Source of the DNA: Candidatus Hydrogenedentota bacterium
Lineage (GTDB): Bacteria > Hydrogenedentota > Hydrogenedentia > Hydrogenedentales > SLHB01
DNA length: 64,000 nt
Direction of reading: 5' to 3'
Assembly (NCBI GenBank): GCA_045863295.1
Contig: BTWA01000014.1
Span: 64,001 to 128,000 of the forward strand
A program made the position numbers and the translations under genes. Below, piece after piece: positions 59,456-64,000 of this stretch (position 1 is the first letter of the stretch; every line of letters starts with the position of its first letter). The notes beneath the pieces were generated by a model. It ran no database searches. It was given only the letters and a program-made list of their open reading frames with translations, and was not told where the DNA came from.

Positions 59456-60646
59456 TCACTTGTTTCTCTTGGGTAGGTTTTCGTCTGATGGAGGCAGGGT
59501 ACTTGCGGCGCGAAGGGAGTTCATTCCATGCTTTCGACGCACCGCATCGACTGTCTTGTACGTTTGCTCTATTCGATCGTCGTTGCCCGGGTTGAACAGG
59601 CTGGTCTGGTGAAGGGGTGATTGCAGGGAACTGAGATTCAACCCTATAAGCCGTACCGGTTTGCGTACCAAAGCGGCTTTCTTCATCAGTTGGCGCAAGA
59701 CCCGAAAAATCTCGGAATCCACGCATGTGGTTTCTTTGAGGGTCAACGAATGGGTCTTCGTTTCGAATCCCGCGTATCTGATTTTAAGGGTTATGGACCG
59801 GGTCTCCAACCCTTCCGCGCGCAGGGATGCGCCTGCCTTTTCGGCCAGGCCCAGAACAACCCTCTCCACCTCTTTCCAGTCGGACAGATCATGAGAAAAA
59901 GTGGTTTCCCGGCTGATGGATTTGGGTAGTCCGCCGGGGTTGACTGTTGAGTTGGAAATACCGATCGCCGCCTGTTGGAGGGTGTATGCGGCATTGCCGA
60001 CAATTCTTGACAACGGTTCGGGGGGGAAGGCGGCGATGTCACCAATTGTTTTCATGCCTGCGGCCTCCAGTACTACCCTGGTGCGAGGACCCACTCCAGG
60101 CAAATTGTTCATCGGGAGGTCTCGCAAGTATGCCGCTTCAGAACCTTCGGGGATGATGATGCAGCCATCCGGCTTGACCTGATTCGCAGCCACTTTGGCC
60201 ACTAGTTTGTTGGCGGCTACGGCCACAGTGCAAGGGAGGGACAATTCGCGGAGAATGAGGTTCTTGATGTGGCGGGCGATCGATTCGTCGCCGCCGAAGA
60301 GTTTCAATGAGGCGGTAATGTCGACGTAGGCTTCGTCAATGGAGGCGAATTCTAGGATGGGTGACGTAGTCTCCAATATGCGGCGGACCTCCTGCGAGGC
60401 CTCGCGATAGCGTTGGTGATTGCCGCGCATGTAGATGCCGTGCGGGCAAAGCCTCCTTGCTTCCGCGAGCGGCATGGCAGAACGCACGCCAAATTCACGT
60501 GCTTCGTAGGAGGCTGTAGATACGACCCCTCGGACGGTGCTTTCGTCGCCCCCGATAATGAGGGGCTTTCCAGCCAGTGTTGGATCGTGCGCTACTTCGA
60601 CTGCGGCGAAGAAGGCGTCCATATCGATATGAAGGATTCGAGTCAA
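59456..60646 (-). CDS. dinB: DNA polymerase IV
   Basis: ILHIDMDAFFAAVE, STASYEAR, SIDEAY, NKLVAKVA and KSISRETTF motifs. TTG start. Confidence 0.96.
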   Translation of the reverse strand: MTRILHIDMDAFFAAVEVAHDPTLAGKPLIIGGDESTVRGVVSTASYEAREFGVRSAMPLAEARRLCPHGIYMRGNHQRYREASQEVRRILETTSPILEFASIDEAYVDITASLKLFGGDESIARHIKNLILRELSLPCTVAVAANKLVAKVAANQVKPDGCIIIPEGSEAAYLRDLPMNNLPGVGPRTRVVLEAAGMKTIGDIAAFPPEPLSRIVGNAAYTLQQAAIGISNSTVNPGGLPKSISRETTFSHDLSDWKEVERVVLGLAEKAGASLRAEGLETRSITLKIRYAGFETKTHSLTLKETTCVDSEIFRVLRQLMKKAALVRKPVRLIGLNLSSLQSPLHQTSLFNPGNDDRIEQTYKTVDAVRRKHGMNSLRAASTLPPSDENLPKRNK

Positions 60647-60760
60647 GGTTCACCTGAATAAGTTTCCAGATGATTTTAGAAGGGAGGATCATCTGAGTGC
60701 AAACCATCTCGCGACACTGGGTTGCGCCGTGCCGTGGTCACGTGTACTGTGAGGCCTGCC

Positions 60761-61468
60761 ATGTCTATACGAGGGTTTAGCACCATTGATTCGACGCCTG
60801 TTCGAGTCTTCTGCCGTCATTGCGGCGTGGAGACTCTGGTGTTGCCCGGATGCGCCAACCAGGTTTGGCTTTGCGAAGCGTGTGGCAACGCCATTGTGTT
60901 TGAAGTGGCGACTGTGCCCCGACAGAAATTTCCCACGGTTTCTCCGGTAATGCGTTGCCCGGCGGTTGTGGATAACGAATTACTTTGCGCACAACGGGAG
61001 CGATTGGAATCGAAGTTTGGAACGCTTCTCCGTATTCCGGGTCCAATCGCAGTGCCTAAGATCGTGAGAGTGTATGGGGTCTTGTATCAAACCTTGGGTT
61101 TGCTGACGCTCATTGGATGCATCGCGTATTTTAGTCGCTACAGTGCGGCTGTCGTGTTGGGTGACACGACTTCCAGTCTGCCTTGGCTTGGCGCCGTTGC
61201 GGGGGCCGGGACGGCGGCAAGCCAGTGGATGGTGGGACGCGGATTGATTGCGGGCCGTCGTTGGGCGTATTGGGGCGGGGTGGTATTTTCTCTTGGGTAC
61301 GCGGCTTGCCTATGTTGGGTTGGTTCGGTAGTGGGCGGATTGCCGATGTTGTTCTCTTTTGCAGCGGCATTTTCTTTGATACCGATCTGGGTATCCTTGT
61401 TGCGAAAGCGGCGGAACAAGGTACGGCATGAGCGTTGGGAGCACGGTTTTGTCGCCCGAACCGAATGA
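60761..61468 (+). CDS. Hypothetical membrane protein with N-terminal Zn-ribbon
   Basis: CRHCG..CEACG and four TM helices. Confidence 0.55.
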   Translation: MSIRGFSTIDSTPVRVFCRHCGVETLVLPGCANQVWLCEACGNAIVFEVATVPRQKFPTVSPVMRCPAVVDNELLCAQRERLESKFGTLLRIPGPIAVPKIVRVYGVLYQTLGLLTLIGCIAYFSRYSAAVVLGDTTSSLPWLGAVAGAGTAASQWMVGRGLIAGRRWAYWGGVVFSLGYAACLCWVGSVVGGLPMLFSFAAAFSLIPIWVSLLRKRRNKVRHERWEHGFVARTE

Positions 61469-61484
61469 AGGTCAGCCTTTGTCC

Positions 61485-61658
61485 ATGGCGCCAGTCGATA
61501 GCGAGGCGCTGCGCATCGCACGAAGTTGGATGCATGATCCCGCGATTGCGGAAGCCGTGTGGTTTCGCGACATTAACCTGGGGGAGGTGCTCGAGTATCA
61601 TTTGTACCCCGAGATCCTTCGCCGGTGCATCCATCCTTCCCGGGATACAACCCCTTGA
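61485..61658 (+). CDS. Short ORF, possibly a split-off segment of the downstream glycosyltransferase
   Basis: Protein-like sequence (ARSW..AVWFRDINLGEVLEYHLYP) filling the gap. Its TGA overlaps a TTG in the next frame. Confidence 0.4.
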   Translation: MAPVDSEALRIARSWMHDPAIAEAVWFRDINLGEVLEYHLYPEILRRCIHPSRDTTP

Positions 61659-63442
61659 ACCCCGTTGTGATACTTTCGATGGTCCGCGGTGCGGACTCCG
61701 TTGCCAAACACTTGCTGGAACGATGCACGTTGGACATTGTGGCGTTTCACGACGCGACCGGACGCGTGCTGCGTGATGCCTCCATTCCTCATCGTTCGTT
61801 TGACGAACTCGCGACGCATGATATGAAGTCTGCCGTTTTGAACGACGCATTGGGCCGCATACAGGCTTTGTCACTATGGGCGGGTCAGGCCTCGTTCGAG
61901 CATTCGAACGCCATTGTGGAATCTTTCGCTCGTCACGCAGCGGAGGCGATGATGGTGATTGCGCTTGCGCGGGAATGGGCGGCATGGCACGATGTGCGAT
62001 TGGCGCTTGTAGCGGAAGATTTGACGCGCGACAACAAAGCGTTGGTTCAGGCATTGCGCCGTGCCGGTGTTCCGACACTGCATATGTTGCATGGCGTTCC
62101 CAATGGCGCCCACGGCGCCCATGCCGCCTTGCATTCGGATCATCTTGCTGTATTCAGCGACAGCGCGCGTGCGCTGTATAGAACTTTCGGCGTTCCCTCC
62201 GATCGAATTACCGTTACCGGAAATCCGATGTGGGATTTGTATCATCGTCCGCCGCGTCCCCAGGTGAAACGCCGGTTTTGTTCGGCGCTGAATCTGGATC
62301 CAAACCGTCCCATTATCACGTATGCCATGACTGCCGTGCCGCCGCTGAGCGCGCGGTGCATCTCGGCGGAAGATGCGCCTGATCGATTGGCATGCTTCGT
62401 TTTGGATGCATTTCGCGCACTTCATGATTCCTACCCCGAATGGCAGTTCTTATTGCGGCCCCATCCAAGTCAGATGGATCGAGTGGCAGCCATATTGGCT
62501 GGGTCTGGATGCGAATTTGTACGGTCCGAAAACGAGCCTCCCTACGACGCGGTCGCTTCGGCTGATGTCGTACTTTGCACGGAATCGCATTTTGGGGTTG
62601 AGGCCATTTTGTTAGGGAAACCAGTAATCAATGTCGTGCCGCCGGATTGCATTGGAGGGATTTACGACGAAGGGGCGGGCGGGCTCTTTCATCCTGGTGA
62701 TGCGGTAGCGTATGTTACCGATGCCGCCGCGATCCGCGAGTCCGTGGTCTCAGCGATTATCGATGAGGGTTTTCGCACTCGGATGCGCAACGCGCGGTTG
62801 CCTACCGCGAAACGAATCAATGGGTTCACGGATGGCCATGCGACGGAGCGGCTTTGCGACCTGGCGTTGGACATCATGGCAAACGAGCATCGATATACGA
62901 GGCCGTTGGATCGCTATCCGTCCATCGAAAAGGCCCTGACACAGATGGTAGCGGCTGCTGCCCGGAAAGTGGCGGTATTGGGGAACGCCCGCGAATCGCT
63001 GGCCAAACTCGTTCGTATTGAGAGGCCTCATGCACAGGTTGATTCCGTATACGCTTTTGAAGCCGATCACGCCGGTTTCTTTGATGCCGTGCTGATTTCC
63101 GATCCCATCGCGTTCGAGCATAATTCAGAAGAATTGCTGTGCGGGGTACGCGGATTACTTGCACCCAATGGATTGGTTCATGTTGCCTTTCGGGCGGGAT
63201 TGGGAGCGACGCACTCCCGGTTAATGAAACAGAATCGAATCCTTCCGCCTCGGCGCGGTTACGATTCGATCAGCGCCGGGCATGGTTTTACCTGGACGGG
63301 TGTGGAAGACCTGATGGCGCGGTCAGGTTATTGCGTGAAGCATGCTGCCAATTTGCGGCAAGCACACGGGCAAGACGACATTGACGGTTGGATTGTTACC
63401 GCAGGGATTGTGGAGCCCATCGTGGCACCCGTACCGCAATGA
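61655..63442 (+). CDS. GT-B-fold capsule/surface polysaccharide protein (TagF/sialyltransferase-like) with degenerate methyltransferase-like C-terminus
   Basis: GVPTLHMLHG, ITVTGNPMWD, LLRPHP, EAILLGKPVI, DGHATER, then FDAVL..LLAPNG. Start is 61625 or 61655. Confidence 0.65.
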   Translation: MNPVVILSMVRGADSVAKHLLERCTLDIVAFHDATGRVLRDASIPHRSFDELATHDMKSAVLNDALGRIQALSLWAGQASFEHSNAIVESFARHAAEAMMVIALAREWAAWHDVRLALVAEDLTRDNKALVQALRRAGVPTLHMLHGVPNGAHGAHAALHSDHLAVFSDSARALYRTFGVPSDRITVTGNPMWDLYHRPPRPQVKRRFCSALNLDPNRPIITYAMTAVPPLSARCISAEDAPDRLACFVLDAFRALHDSYPEWQFLLRPHPSQMDRVAAILAGSGCEFVRSENEPPYDAVASADVVLCTESHFGVEAILLGKPVINVVPPDCIGGIYDEGAGGLFHPGDAVAYVTDAAAIRESVVSAIIDEGFRTRMRNARLPTAKRINGFTDGHATERLCDLALDIMANEHRYTRPLDRYPSIEKALTQMVAAAARKVAVLGNARESLAKLVRIERPHAQVDSVYAFEADHAGFFDAVLISDPIAFEHNSEELLCGVRGLLAPNGLVHVAFRAGLGATHSRLMKQNRILPPRRGYDSISAGHGFTWTGVEDLMARSGYCVKHAANLRQAHGQDDIDGWIVTAGIVEPIVAPVPQ

Positions 63443-63452
63443 TCCCTCGGCC

Positions 63453-64000
63453 CTACAAACCCAGATTGTCCATCACTTGATTCTGTTGATCGTTGGAGTG
63501 CGTGCGAATGTCTCCGACGCCTTGTCGAGCACGGGTTCCCGCTCCAGTGGCGCCGGCGTTGCTCATGCCGTTCAGTTCCTGCTGGATGCCTATGCCGGTC
63601 ATCGTTTCACCCATCAATCCGCCACCACCGACGCCTGAGCTCCTGGGTGCGTTGGCCTGACCACCGTGAGGCATGGGTTGCGCCAATTGTTGCGGATTGG
63701 GATGGAATACCGTCGCCGTTCGGGGATCGTAAATAAAATCCAAACCGCCGGACGTTTTAGGCACGTCCTTCAGATAGGCCGGTACAAGTGATTGAAGGGT
63801 GGGGGGGTAGTAGCCGCCGGTCTGTTGCCAGTACTGTGTGACCGCGGCTTGTAGCCGCTGCAATTTTTGCATGTCGGTTTCGCCAGACTGCATCGGTGCT
63901 GCCGTGTCCAAAAGTTGTCCCGTCGCCGGATCATAGCCGTAGGGCGTGCCATCGGGCTTGACGGGAACGCGTGCGAGGTAGTCCGGAATCATGGCCTCAA
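63453..64000 (-). CDS. Hypothetical protein with two GspG/pseudopilin-like repeats, 5'-truncated by window edge
   Basis: EAMIPDYLARVP..YDPATG and YPPTLQSLVPAYLKDVP..YDPRTA; frame open to the window end. Confidence 0.55.
   Translation of the reverse strand, partial: EAMIPDYLARVPVKPDGTPYGYDPATGQLLDTAAPMQSGETDMQKLQRLQAAVTQYWQQTGGYYPPTLQSLVPAYLKDVPKTSGGLDFIYDPRTATVFHPNPQQLAQPMPHGGQANAPRSSGVGGGGLMGETMTGIGIQQELNGMSNAGATGAGTRARQGVGDIRTHSNDQQNQVMDNLGL

Noticed and set aside
1..64000. tRNA, rRNA, IS elements, prophage or defence systems
   Set aside because: No cloverleaf, rRNA signature, transposase, integrase or nuclease motifs recognised.

Overview
GC-rich bacterial chromosomal window with about 43 CDS, an RNase P RNA and no recognisable tRNA, rRNA, CRISPR array, transposase or phage gene. 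The gene repertoire suggests a PVC-like or Candidatus Hydrogenedentota-like organism; this is inference only. Housekeeping genes: ppc, kup, hflX, rplM-rpsI, rnpB, dinB, a gmhA-like isomerase and a 5-formyl-THF cyclo-ligase. Accessory content: (i) four large secreted or surface Ig-fold repeat proteins; (ii) a block of three cobalamin-binding radical SAM enzymes plus one SPASM/twitch radical SAM enzyme downstream of hflX; (iii) a membrane Ser/Thr kinase with HCD (non-RD) catalytic loop coupled to a secreted ELWxxDGT repeat protein; (iv) a long run of exported hydrolases and oxidoreductases; (v) envelope glycosyltransferases. The most unusual signals are short Lys-centred loop insertions recurring in unrelated Ig-like domains of otherwise acidic surface proteins, and a ZU5-like C-terminal anchor module shared by two surface proteins. 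All family calls come from motif recognition by eye; no searches were run.
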